A stretch of DNA of 64,000 bases from assembly GCF_009914755.1 (NCBI RefSeq), contig NC_060936.1; one strand, written 5' to 3'. The notes under the pieces were generated by a model. That model was given only the letters and a program-made list of their open reading frames with translations. It searched no databases and was not told the origin of the DNA. Shown piece after piece: positions 21,438 through 34,059 of the stretch. This DNA is from the human T2T-CHM13v2.0 reference genome, Homo sapiens. Made by a program: the position numbers and the translations under genes. How positions within the stretch are numbered: position 1 is the first letter of the stretch; the number at the start of each line of letters is the position of its first letter.

Positions 21438-22039
21438 TGTGAACCCAAAATATCTGAGACATGTCTCAGTCAATTTAGAAAGTTTATGTTGACAAGGTTA
21501 TGGCATGCCCGTGACACAGCCTCAGGAGGTCTTGATGACATGTGCCCAAGAAGATTGGGATACAGCTGGCTTTTATACATTTAGGGAGGCATGAGACATC
21601 TATCAGTACGTACAAGATGTACATTGGTTCGGTCTGGAAAGGTGAGACAACTGGAAGGCGGTGGGGCCGTCCAGTTCAGAAGTAGATAAGAGACAAAAGG
21701 TTGCATTCTTTTGAGTCCTTGATCAGCCTTCCACCGAATACACAATTTAGTCTGGCTCAGTGAATCTGCATTTTTACATAAACAATAAGGCAGAGGAAGC
21801 AATCAGACATGCATTTGTAACAGGCGAGCCTCAGAGGGATGACTTTGAGTTTTTTTCTGTCCTTTGTCCACAAGGAATTATCTTGCTGGCAAATTGTGAG
21901 GGAGTTAATGTAGCATTTTATCTTTGTAGCTATCTTATTTAGGAATAAAATGGGAGGCAAGTTTGCCTGACATAGTTACCAGCTTGGATTTTCCCTTAGC
22001 TTAGTGATTTGGGGATCCAGAGATTTATTTCCCTTTCAA
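21438..22039 (-). mobile_element. MER4A-type solo LTR
   Basis: 'gtgacacagcctcaggaggtc..gatgacatgtgcccaag' core; reverse complement begins T.TGAAAGGGAAATAAATC. Confidence 0.8.
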
Positions 22040-22082
22040 AATATATTGCTCCTTCTTTATTCTGTAATTTTAATTTAGGTAC

Positions 22083-24377
22083 TGAGACGGTTTGGGTGTG
22101 TCCCCACACAAGTCTCATCTTGAACTGTAGCTCCCACAATTCCCATGTGTTGTGGGAGGGACCTGGTGGGAGGTAATTGAATCCTGGGGGCAGATCTTTC
22201 CCATCCTATTCTTGTGATAGTGAATAAGTCTCATGAGAAATGATGGTTTTATAAAGGGGATTTTCTCTGTACAAGTTCTCTTCTCTTGTCTGCCACCGCA
22301 TGAGACATGCCTTTCATCTTTCATGAGACATGTCATGATTGTGAAGCCTCCCTAGCCACGTGGAACTGCAAGTTTATTAAACCTCTTTATTTTGTAAATT
22401 GCCCAGTCTCATTTACGTCTTTATCAGCAGCATGAAAATGAACTAATACAATAAATTGGTACCAGTAGAATGGGGCACTGCTGAAAAGATACCCAAAAAT
22501 GTGGAAGTGATGATGGAACTGGGTAACAGGCAGAGGTTGAAACAGGTTGGAAGACCCAGAAGAATACAGGAAAATGTAGGAGCTTGGAACTCCTTAGAGA
22601 CTTGTTGAATGACTTTGACCAAAGTGCTAATAATGATATGAACAATGAAATCCATGCTGAGGTGGTCTCAGATGGAAATGAGGAACTTGTTGGGAATCGG
22701 AGCAAAGGTGACTCTTGTTATGTTTTAGCAAAGAGACTGGCAGCATTTTGCCCCCGCCCTAGATATTTGTGGAACTTTGAACTTGAGAGAGATGATTTAG
22801 GATATCTGGCAGAAGAAATTTCTAAGCAGCAAAGCATTCAGGATGTGACTTGGGTGCTGTTAAAGGCAATCAGTTTTAAAAGACAAGCACAGTATGAAAG
22901 TGTGGAAAATCTGTGGCCTGACAATGCAATAGAAAAGAAAATCTCATTTTCAAAGGAGAAATTCAAGCCAGCTGCAGAAATTTGCATAAGTAACAAGGAG
23001 CTGAATGTTAATCACCAAGACAATGGGGAAAATGTCTCCAGGGCATGTTAGAGACCTTTGCATCAGCCTCTCCCAGCATAGGCTGGAGGCCTAGGAGGTA
23101 AAAGTAGTTTTGTGAGCCAGGTCCAGGGTCCCTCTGCTGTGTGCAGTCTAGGCGCTTGGTGCCCTGGGTCCCAGCCACTCCACCCATGACTAAAAGAGGC
23201 CAAGGTACAGGTTGGGCCATGGCTTCAGAAGGTGCAAACCCCAAGCCTTGTCAGCTTCCATGAGCCTGTGGGTGCACAGAAGTTAAGAACTGAAGTCTGG
23301 GAACCCCCACCTAGATTTCAGAGGAAGTATGGGAATGCCTGGATGTCCAGGCAGAAGTTTGCTGTGGGGCAGGGTGCTCATGAAGAACCTCTGCTAAGGC
23401 AGTACAGAATGGAAATGTGGGGTTAGGCACCCCCACACAGAGTTCCCACTGGGGTGCTGCCTAGCAGAGCTACGAGAAGATGGACACCATCCTCCAGACC
23501 CCAGAATAGTAGATCCACTGACAGCTTGCACTGTGTGCCTGGAAAAGCTGCAGACCCTCAATGCCAGCCCATGAAAGCAGCTGGAAGGGAGATTGTGTGC
23601 TGCAAAGCCACAGGGGTGGAGTTTCCCAAGACCATGGGAACCCACCTATTGCATCAGCGTGACCTGGATGTAAGACATGGAGTCAAAGGAGTTCATTTTG
23701 GAGCTTTAAGATTTGACTACCCTGTTGGATTTTGGACTTGCATGGGGCCTTTAGCCCTCTCATTTTAGTCAATTTATCCCATTTGGAATGGGTGTATTTA
23801 TCCAATGCCTGTACCCCCATTTTATCTTGGAAGTAGCTAACTTGCTTTTGATTTTACTGGCTCATAGATGGAAAGGACTTGCCTTGTCTCAGGTGAGACT
23901 TTGGACTGTGGACTTTTGAGCTAATGTTGAAATGAGTTAAGACTTTGGGGGACTGTTGGGAAGGCATAATTGGTTTTGAAATGTGAGGGCATGAGATTTG
24001 TGAGAGTCCAGGGGTGAAATGATATGGTTTGACTTTCTCCCCACACAAATCTCATCTTGAATTGTAGCTCCCATAATTCCCATGTGTTGTGGGAGGGACC
24101 TGGTGGGAGGTAATTGAATCATGGGGGTGGGTCTTTCCTGTGCTATTCTTGTGATAGTGAATAAGTCTCATGAGATCCGATGGTTTTATAAAGGGGAGAT
24201 TCCCTGCACAAGCTCTCTTATTTTGTCTGCTGCCATGTGAGATGTGCCTTTCACCTTCCACTATGATTGTGAGGCCTCCCCAGCCACGTGCAACTGTGGG
24301 TCCATTAAACCTCTTTCTTTTGTAAATTGCCCAGTCTGGGTATGTCTTTATCAGCAACATGAAAATGGACTAATACA
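22083..24377 (+). mobile_element. Complete THE1 (THE1B-like) MaLR element: LTR 22083-22450, internal region, LTR 24020-24377
   Basis: Two LTRs, about 1.57-kb THE1 internal region, 5-bp TSD GGTAC on both sides. Confidence 0.92.
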
Positions 24378-25059
24378 GGTACCATAACATCAAGTATGAC
24401 TCTTGCATGCTATCTGTATCATCACAACATGTAAAATGCTTGAATGTCCTTGGGCATGTTAGCAAGGTCATACAGAAACATAGACTAGGAATTTTTATTC
24501 ATGACGATAAAGAAGATGTTAGGTGTGTTAACGTTAGTCTATGACTTTTTAAAAAATAAATAAATGTTAGTCAACTTCATTTATATCCTTTGCCTAGTTT
24601 GTCCATGTAGATTGTTTCCCTTTTTTCTTATCAATTTATAGGCATAGTTTTACCTTATTATGTGTTTGATATAATGAAAGTTTTATTTGATATGTAAATA
24701 ATATCATGTAATTTGAGTAAAGCTTCCTCATGGGAAATGAAGCTCCTTTCTAATGTTGAGGATCTGGACTCCATCAATATCCTTTCAAATGTGCAAAGTG
24801 GGAAGGGGCAGGGATGCAATTCATACGAATTTTACATCACTAACCTGTTCTTACTTGTTATTCTCAGTGTATTAGCATTGGCTTAAGAAGACATAAAATC
24901 TAACCAAATTTGCAGCTCCAATATAATTCAGAGACATAATTATGAACTACAGTTGTAGTTTCTATGAAGAAATTTTTGGACATAGCAAACAAGTTGGCCC
25001 ATATGAGAGATAATGAATGGCTTTAACTATTTCAGAATTTGGGTACCATAGCATGCCAT

Positions 25060-25612
25060 TTTGGGGCTTAGAAGATAATGCTCCAAAATATGGTGTTTTG
25101 GCATGCTGAGTGCTTGAATTAAAGGAAATAAAAACCCTTAGAAGCAAGGTATCTCTCTGACTTTCCCCTGCCTTTCTGATCTTCTTTCTTTTCCAAGTAC
25201 TGAGAAATTTCCTCTTCTGACTAGCGGAGTTTCTTTACAAAAGAAATACAATTGTTTTAAGATTTTCTCCCTGGTAATCTCATCAAATAACCAGGAAATA
25301 TTAACTACCAGAGAAAAGACTGGGAGTCATCACATCCAGACAGGTTTTCATTTATTCTTCTGAGGGTAACTCAAAGGGTTTACATGGGAAAGTTTATCTA
25401 CAAAATGAAATAACTTTTGTTTACCGTGAAATTCTACTCTTCCCCTTCCTGCCACCTCCCCTAGAGCACATTCTCCCTGAAAATCAATTACTCCTATACC
25501 CACTCCCCATCTCACCTTCTTCTATGAAGAAGGGTATATAAGCATCTGGACCTCATTGGGTTATTGGATAATCATTCCCTTGAAATTCCCTGGTGTGCAT
25601 GCACATTAAATA
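25060..25612 (+). mobile_element. MER4-group LTR (MER34-like)
   Basis: 'ccaaaatatggtgttttggcatgctgagtgc', TATA-like gtatataag, attaaa. Confidence 0.6.
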
Positions 25613-25614
25613 GA

Positions 25615-26710
25615 TTGGGAAGCAAATTTTTATGTCTTAAAACATTTAGCAGAGATAGTATTTGATCTGTTAAATTAATTTGAAGATGTTTCTATTTTAT
25701 TTTACCAAAGATTTTAAAAACGATCTTTACCAAAGATTACTAAAGTCATGTGAACTGAAAGGTATTTGAGTTAAAGTTCTAATTTTTCTGATAAAATATT
25801 TGATTTAAGTACTTTTTTCTTTAAGCCAATTAGAGTTCTTTTATATATTTCAGTAGTAAAATTTTATATACACCTGACATATATAAATACATAGACATAT
25901 AGTAGCAGACCAAAGTGTATCTTATAGATTTATAAGATCATTATTTTGTCAGTTTTCAAAATTTCTCTGCCCCATTGTAGACTTGCAATTTTTTTGAGAG
26001 CCTGTCTCATTGCCCTAGGCAATTGTCAGCTAGACAGCTCTAAATTTGCATTCTAAAGCAACAATTCTTAGGTGAAATCAGATCGAGAATTTACATCTCA
26101 AGGTACAGAGCTAAGAAGTTGGGCCTAAAAGATCATTTTACGCTCAAACCAAGGAAATAAAAAAAGAAATGGTGTAAGTACATTTTAGTTAAGAAGCCAG
26201 GAAAAGCACTTTGAATGGAGGCATGACTTATGACAATAAAGAGAAGTTTTAGATTTAAGAATCTCTCTTCTTGCAACTCTGAGGGTTCCATGAGGAAAAC
26301 AGAGCTTCCTCCTAAAATGGAGTTTGTAGTGACTTTTCTGTTTCTCCCAAAGGAATCACAGGCTGTTGAAAATTATTTTGGGTCCTCTCATGCTGGCATC
26401 CAAGATGGCAAGAGGAGAGGGAGGCCAAAAGCCCAACTGGTAAAAACTTTACCCTTATGTGGGCATGTCAGGCTTTTTGGTTCCCTTCCCCTGAGCCCAA
26501 TCCTAAGCCAACCAGTTTAGGGTTTGGGAAATCAACTCTTTCCAGTTTGGAGGATGCATCTGAGGGGAGTATCCCATAGTATGGAGACAGAATTATCAGT
26601 GAAGAGTGACAATGGAGGAGCAAGGAAAAAAGGTGCTTTTTAAGGGAGTCCCAGGATTTCAGGATACATTCAAGAGGGGTACAGACTGAAGATGACTGGC
26701 TACTCATCTA
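25615..26710 (-). mobile_element. Class I ERV internal fragment (MER61/MER4-group) with gag N-terminus remnant
   Basis: ORF 26468-26707 begins MSSQSSSVCTPLECILKSWD (gammaretrovirus-like matrix motif), followed by AT-rich internal sequence. Confidence 0.6.
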
Positions 26711-26714
26711 AGAA

Positions 26715-27314
26715 GGAAGTGTACTATATGAATCATTATCAATCTATTGCACAGGAAGATATAAGTAGTGAAAATAAGAGTGAGAACTCCCACTAATAAA
26801 AAGTGAGAGTCTCAAAGGGGGGAAATGAGAGAAGAGAGACAGGCCCTCTCATATTGTTTTATACTAAGAAAAAGAATGAGAAGCGAAATTAAAGGCAGGT
26901 AGCCCAGCTCCTAGGAACCAGACCTGAAACCAAGGAACCAGACCCAAAACCAGGCCTGGGCCTGCCTGACCTAAGTCTGGTAATTAAAGATCGATCCCTG
27001 ACCTAACCGGTTATGTTATCTATAGATTCCAGACATTGTATGGAAAGGCATTGTAAAAATCCCTGTCCTGTTCTCTTTCATTCTGATTACTGGTGCGTGC
27101 AGCTCCCAGTCACGTACTCCTTGCTTGCTCAATCAATCATGATCCTCTCACACACACCCCCTTAGAGTTGTGAGCCCTTAAAAGGGACAGGAATTGCTCA
27201 CTTGGGGAGCTCAGCTCTTGAGACAGGAGTCTTGCTGATGCTCCTGGCCAAATAAACCACTTCCTTCTTTAACCTGGTGTCTGAGGAGTTTTGTCTGCTG
27301 CTCATCCTGCTACA
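26715..27314 (+). mobile_element. HERV-E/Harlequin 3' end: about 110 bp internal tail + PPT + LTR2B-like LTR (26826-27314)
   Basis: 'gagtgagaactcccactaa..tcaaaggggggaaa' followed by TGAGAGAAGAGAGACAGG..AATAAA..CCTGCTACA. Confidence 0.8.
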
Positions 27315-29345
27315 CTTACAAGTTTTGGGATAGGCAGTGGAGTTAGGAGCAATGTTTTGCAGACAGGGGGTGGATCTCACAAACTACATTCTCAAGGGTG
27401 GGGAGAATTACAAAGAACCTTCTTAAGGGTGGGAGAGATTACAAAGTACATTGATCAATTAGGGTGGGGCAGAAACAAATCACAATTGTGGAATGTCATC
27501 AGTTAAGGCTATTTTCACTTCTTTTGTGGATCTTCAGTTGCTTCAGGCCATTAATAAGAAAAATAAAACAAAATAGTGGTAAAGTATTGGGGCAGCAAAA
27601 AGTTTTGGGGGTTGTTTGGAGAGAAATAGGCAATGTTTCTCAGGGCTGCTTCGAGCGGGATTAGGGGCAGCATGGGAACTTACAGTGGGAGAGATTCAAC
27701 TGAAGAAAGATTTTGGGGTAAGGGATTATATTGTGGGGTTGTTAGAAGGAGCATTTGTCATATAGAATTACTGGTGATGGGCTGATGCAGTTTTGTATGA
27801 ACTGAGAAACTAAACGAAAGACACAAGGTCTGAGTAAAAGAAGGAAAAAAATAGGTATTAAAGGACTAATAATTGGGAGTACCCAGAACATCCAATTAGA
27901 GAGTGTCCAAGGGGGTTCAACATTATTGTTTGCTTGGTTGGTGAGTTTTTGGGCTCTATGCTTGAGTTTTTTTATGTTGTCATATACCAGGCCTGATTGA
28001 TTTAAGTAAAAACAACACTCTTCATTTAAAAATATACAAAGTCCTCCTTTTTCAGCAGTGAGTAAATCAAGGCCTTGGCAGTTCTGTAGGACAACTGCAG
28101 CTAAAGAGTCAACCTGGGCTTGGAGAACAGATAAAGTTTGTGATATATCTGTAATGTTAGCAGAGAAGTCATTAGAGAGGCTGCAGAATGTCGTGGCAGT
28201 GGTTGAGATGCCTGCTATTCCAGTTCCAAGTGCAATAGTGGAGGCAGAAAGTCCTAGACCCACAAGTAAAAGGATTAGTGGGATGACTCTTTTTTGTCAT
28301 GTTGATGTCATGAGGGGGACAGACAGTTGTTTGTTCCCACCTGCAAACTGGATTTTGGGGGTAAGGAAGACTGGAATACATGTGCCCGTCCAGTTGGCAG
28401 GTAGGCACATGTAGGTGGAAGAGCCACATAAAAAGAAGAGACCTTTTGCCAGGCAGAACTGGAAATTTAAAGTGAAAAGGTGAGAGGGTGTACTGAAAGA
28501 GGAATCCTGCACCCAAAATCCTAGAGATCCAGCGAGGGTAGCAGCTGTTAGAGGTTGTAATGGGGATTGATGGTGCAACTGTGTAGAGGGCGGGGTTCAG
28601 TTTTCATGGTGTATGAAAAAGCACATAGTGTTTACAAGTAACCTTTCACTGCTATTCATGGGGCTGGGTATAAGCAAGCAAGAGGAGGGGCTAGGAGGAG
28701 ATTCAGATGAGCAGGGGGAGGGTAGCCAATGATGGAGTGAGATGCAGGGTAGGTGTCTTCCTAAACAATAGTGATTGCCAATGTTTTTTAGTTTGTCAGT
28801 AATGATAGAGGTCTTATCAGTAATGCAAAGTTGGAATGCTACCATCTGTTTGATAATGTGTGTGGCTGGGTTCTGGAGATAAAGAGTAAAGGAACATGTG
28901 GACAGTGGAAGGTTGCCTAAAAGGATTCCAGTAGGCTGTTGTCGGGAGATGCATAAAGGAGCGGCAACAGGGATAGGATAGTTGTTTGTGTGGTTAGGGG
29001 TCCAAATTTGGGGGGGGGGGGTGCAATTGACATAAGGAGAAAGGTGCCGTAAGTAGATGCGGAGAAGTGTGGCAGCTTGTTGGTGTGAAATGTCTAGGGA
29101 GTTCTCACCATATCTGTCTAGAAAGTAAAGAAGTTCCTCAGGCGGGTAAAGATGAGGGCTATTTTCACTTCTTTTGTGGATCTTTAGTTGCTTCAGGCCA
29201 TCTGGGTGTATACGTGCAGGTCACAGGGGACATGATGGCTTAGCTTGGGCTCAGAGGCCTGACATTCCCGTCTTCTTGTATTAATAAGAAAAATAAAATG
29301 AAATAGTGAAGCGTTGGAGCAGCACAAAATCTCAGAGGCCTGACA
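27315..29345 (-). mobile_element. Rearranged HERV-H (LTR7B-like pieces plus env)
   Basis: Three LTR7 segments (29331-29345, 29157-29264, 27315-27550), two pre-LTR segments and 1.6 kb of env in non-canonical order. Confidence 0.88.
27742..29155 (-). pseudogene. HERV-H env remnant (SU C-terminal part + TM)
   Basis: In-frame SU-TM with stops at 28597-28599 and 28297-28299; CLPANWTGTC; furin site xQKR; fusion peptide; ISD LQNCQGLDLLTAEKGGLC; CX6CC; hydrophobic TM segment. Confidence 0.92.
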
Positions 29346-29588
29346 AGTAAAGATTTTATTGGGTGAAAAGGGGGGGAAAATGGAAAAACAGAGACTCTTG
29401 GTGAAGTGAGAGAGTGTGCTTTCTGCCTTGCAGATTGAATCCCAGGTTCCACCCAGGAAGAGGAGAGGCCAGGCTCCTCCCCACTGCAAATGGCACGAAC
29501 TTCTGTGGCTCCACCCCAGAGTGCACTCCTCCCAGTGTGCAGACCAGCTGGAGTTTTGCCAGGGAGCCCTTCCCACCTGGCTGTCTCA
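29346..29588 (-). mobile_element. MER61-type LTR, truncated just after its AATAAA
   Basis: Reverse complement begins TGAGACAGCCAGGTGGGAAGGGCTCCCTGGCAAAACTCC. Confidence 0.75.
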
Positions 29589-29786
29589 TTATTACCAGAT
29601 TTTAGCTGAGGCAAATAGCTGATATTTCTGGCTTTTGAGCATCTTTACAAAGGGTAATCTCCCCAGTGAAGCCAATAAGCATTAATAAGGTTATGACTTA
29701 ACTATGGAAGCGTTCATACAATTTATATGATTACTGAGTACTCTAATTGTAAGGAGAAGTTAAGAATAGCTGGTTGTCAATCTTTA

Positions 29787-30385
29787 TGTTAGTGGAAAGA
29801 GGGTTCTCAGATCTCATGAAAGAAAAATTAGGGGTGAGTCCACAGAGTCCACAGAGTAGAGTGAAAGCAAGTTTATCAAGAAAGTAAAAAAATAAAAGGG
29901 TGGTTACTCCATAGACAGAGCAGCCCTAATGGCTGTTGTTTGGCTATTTTTATTGTTATTTCTTGATTATATGCTAAGCAAGGGGTGGATTATCTATATG
30001 TTTTCCAGTAAAGGGGAAGGCAATTCCTGGAACTGATGGTTCTGCCCCGTTTTAGGCCATACAGGGCAACTTCCTGGCATTGCTGTGGCATTTGTAAACT
30101 GTCATGATGCTGTTAGGAGTATCTTTTAGCATGCTAATACATTATAATTAGTGTATAATGAGCAATGAGAATGACTAGAGGTCACTTTCATTGCTATCTT
30201 GGATTTGTTGGGTTTTGGCTGGCTTCTTTACCACATCCTGTTTTATCAGTGAGGTCTTTGTGACCTTTATCTTGTGCCAGCCTTCTTTCTCATCCTGTGA
30301 CTAAGAATGTAGCCCAGCAGGTCTAAGCCTAATTTTACCCATCCCCTATTCAAGATGGAGTCACCTGGTTTGAATACCTCTGGCA
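29787..30385 (-). mobile_element. MER41 solo LTR
   Basis: Reverse complement begins TGCCAGAGGTATTCAAACCAGGTGACTCCATCTTGAATAGG; GAS-type motifs present. Confidence 0.8.
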
Positions 30386-30740
30386 CTAACTTAGTCATTA
30401 AAGAGAATTTTTAAGACAAAATCTCAACTTAGCTGTTATCCAGGAATGAGGCTCAGGCTAAAGACTGCTCTCTACCATTGTAAAAGCAGGAAAAGTCACC
30501 TTCCTTTCCAGAAGCAAGCAGAACTCCAGAATGGAATTGTAATAGCAAAATAAACCTTAGATCTCACTCCAATTTTGGGAGATCAAGGCTTCACTGGAGA
30601 GGATGAAGCTCCCAGACCTCAGCAAGTTGTCCTATTGGTTTGAGCAATAAAAATAGCCCAAGTTAGTATCAGGCACCGTTAGGAGTTTTGCCACAGGTCA
30701 AGGGCCACCTCCACTCAGAATTTCATCATGGTTGCCAATT

Positions 30741-31345
30741 TGTAAACCTAAAACAGTGTCTCTATTAATTTAAAGGTTCATTTTGTCAAGGTTGAGGTTG
30801 TCCCTAGGAAGAAGAGACACAAGCCACGGTAGGATCTGTGGCCCACAATTTTTCCAAAGAGGATTTTGAGGGCTTCAATATTTAAAGTGGAAAAAGTGGG
30901 TGGGTGGGGAAAGGAGGAAGGAAAAAAAAGGGAGAATATGGTCACATTCTTGTGAGGCTTGGGTTAGCTATCACTGAATCTACCTGTTACATGTGAAAAG
31001 GAAAAGATAGAGGAATAGCCAATTATATATTTGTCTTGCACTTCATAAATCTGTACTTTGCTTAAGTTAAAGTAAACAAAGAGGAGAAGTCAAATATGCA
31101 TTCATCTCAGGGTGGACAGGGGGACAATTTTTAGTTTCCTTTTGTTCCATACCTGTAAAGATAAGCTGTTAATTTACATTGTCACGGTGAGGGAGGCCCC
31201 TTGAGTAGATATATGTCCTCCTGTCTCATAACTATCTGTTTAGGAACAAAAGTAAAGTCAGCATTTTACATGACTCAGTTTCAAAGCTTTATTTTTCCCT
31301 TTGGTATAGTGAGTTGGAGTCCTGAGATTTTATTTCCCTTTCACA
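30741..31345 (-). mobile_element. MER4-family 5' LTR followed by a PBS-like site and internal sequence (to about 29590)
   Basis: Reverse complement TGTGAAAGGGAAATAAAATC..GGTTTACA then AATTGGCAACCA. Confidence 0.7.
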
Positions 31346-31501
31346 GGGGTACAGACACATTGAGGATGAAGAGGTTTCAACCATTTTTCTTCTAAGAAGA
31401 AAGTATAATAGACTCTTGGGTAGGACCTCAAAAATTGATCATCAGGAATTAATCATCCCTTTCCACTCCCAATAATTCTACCTTTCTACAAGCATAGTTG
31501 A

Positions 31502-31806
<305 letters not shown>

Positions 31807-32165
31807 CACATTTCTTAATTGCCATGAATTCTTAAAGGTTTTTCTGAACTCACAGCCCTTTCAATTTTATGGAAAATTTTTGTTTGCAAGGATTTCCAAA
31901 GCAGAAGTTTTTAGCACTTGCTCAGTAATCGTCATGTGCTTCCTTATTATTACTGACAGTTAGTTCCCTCTTGGGTCCTTTCTTAACTTTGTTATACTGA
32001 AATCTTAGCTCTTTCTCTCCTCCAATTCTTTGGCAGGAAGAACATCCGTTCTCTGTTCTTTGCAGGTAACAACGTGGCTTAGACATGTAAGCAATGACTC
32101 AGTTCCTACTCAGTCTGCTCTTTCTTCAGCTGAGTCATCCTGACACCCACTGGACAAACTGAAAT

Positions 32166-32612
32166 AGTCTTAGTCTTTTTTGTGTTGCTATAATAGAATA
32201 CGTGAGGCTGAGTAATTTATAAAGAACAGAGGTCTTTTACCTCACAATTCTGATGGCTAGAAAGTTTGAGATTGGGCAGCTGTATCTGGTGAGGGCCTCA
32301 GGCTGCTTGCAGTCATGGTGGAAAGTAGAAAGGCAGGTCATGCAAACATATCACATGGTGAGACAGGAAGCAAGAGAGAGAAACCAAGGAAGTCAGGCTC
32401 TTTTTAACAAACCACTCTCCTACGAACTAATCTATTCCTATGAGAACAAGAGAGAACAAGAACTTGCCCCCACAAGAGAACATTAATCTATTCAGGAGGG
32501 ATCTTCCCTTATAACCCCAAAACCTCCAACTAGGCCCCACCTCCCAACACTACCACACTGGGGATACAATTCCAACATGAGTTTCAGAGGGAAGAAACTC
32601 AAATCTATGGCA
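32166..32612 (-). mobile_element. MST (MaLR) LTR
   Basis: 'tgttgctataatagaatac..gaggctgagtaatttataaagaa', 'aggccccacctcccaacact'. Confidence 0.75.
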
Positions 32613-34059
32613 CAGCCCAATGCATTTTTAAGGCATTTTTAGTAACAAATAAACTTAGAAAAAAAAAAATCTCAACCGTCTCTTTGCAACTGGGCAGGTT
32701 CACTTCCTTCTGAAGAACTAGACTCCTCAAGGACAGGAAATGGGCCCAGGCTTCCCTCATACTGTTCCATCGGGTAGCTTCTAAGGCTCTACTTTCAAAT
32801 TGCTTACCTTGTTTCTTTGGGCATACCTATGAATAGAAGGGCCCAGTGCCTGCATTCTAGTAGTGATATACATTGAGAAACACATTGTATTCAAATGGAT
32901 AACTTGAGATCTATTTCTGTTGTAGGAACTAACATAGAATTCATTTCAGTGTATAAGAAAGCCTTTAGATCTAACTTGAATCATTCTGGTTGTTTTTAAG
33001 CTCATTGAATGTAAAAGTATTTCTTATAATTCATTTGGGGGAGGATAATGCAAGGTAGAAAGAAACCACATGGAAAAATACCTCATGACTAAATCAAAGA
33101 TTCAAACAATTAATATTGGTAAATCTGAGGTAATCTAGTTTAATATCCTTAGTCTTCATTCGTTCATGTATTTAGTCACAGAGCAACTCAGGCATAAAGC
33201 ACTATTCTAGCCCTTGAGGATAATAGTGGACAAAAAGGACAAAAATACCTTCCCTCATGAGCTTACATTCTACTAAGGAGAAAGAGACAATGAACACATT
33301 AAATAAGTAAACATAAAATGTGAAATAGGATAAGTTCTATGGAGAAAAATTATGGCAGGAAAGGGGTAAATAGAAGATGTGGGCTGGTGCAGGTGGAATT
33401 GGAAGTGGATGAGAACACTGAGGCTGAAAGATGGAGAGAGACTTGTCCAGGGTCAGGCAGCAGGTTGGAGCCATGATGAGACAAGAATCAAGGTTTCTTT
33501 ACCTTCAGTCCTGTGTACATTTCTCTACTCCTCCTGCATGTGCGAAGATCAGAAGGCACCCTTACGCAGATCACTGCATCCTGACTCACCCTGTTGAAAG
33601 TCAACAGGTTAAAATGCAGAACAATGTATTTTTTTCTTAAAATGTTGATACAATAACTGGTAAGTTTAGGGAGTGGTGGAATATGAAAAGGGAGTAACTG
33701 TGCCTTAAACTGCGACTTGTAAAAAAAATATAATTCCCTGGTATACATTTGACTTGGTTTAGAAAGCACTCTCTTATTCTTTTGTCTGATCTTCACAACA
33801 ATAACTTGAGAGGAAAGCAAGCTTTATATTATTATCCCCATTTTAACAAATGAGGAAACTCTCAGGGTGCTCTTGAGCTGTCTCTGAATCTAACTAGAGC
33901 CAAATACCTGAGAATCTGGCTAACTTGAAGAGCTAACTTGAAATAAACACCCAATCCCTAGATTTTAGCAACTCTGGAGACCTTGTTAAAAATTTAGACA
34001 AATTAGATTTAAAAGAATTTATTTGAGCAAGGAATGATTCATGAATCAGTCAGCACTAA

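Noticed and set aside
22584-23051. 155-aa ORF
   Set aside because: Lies in the THE1 internal region; typical MaLR internal ORF remnant
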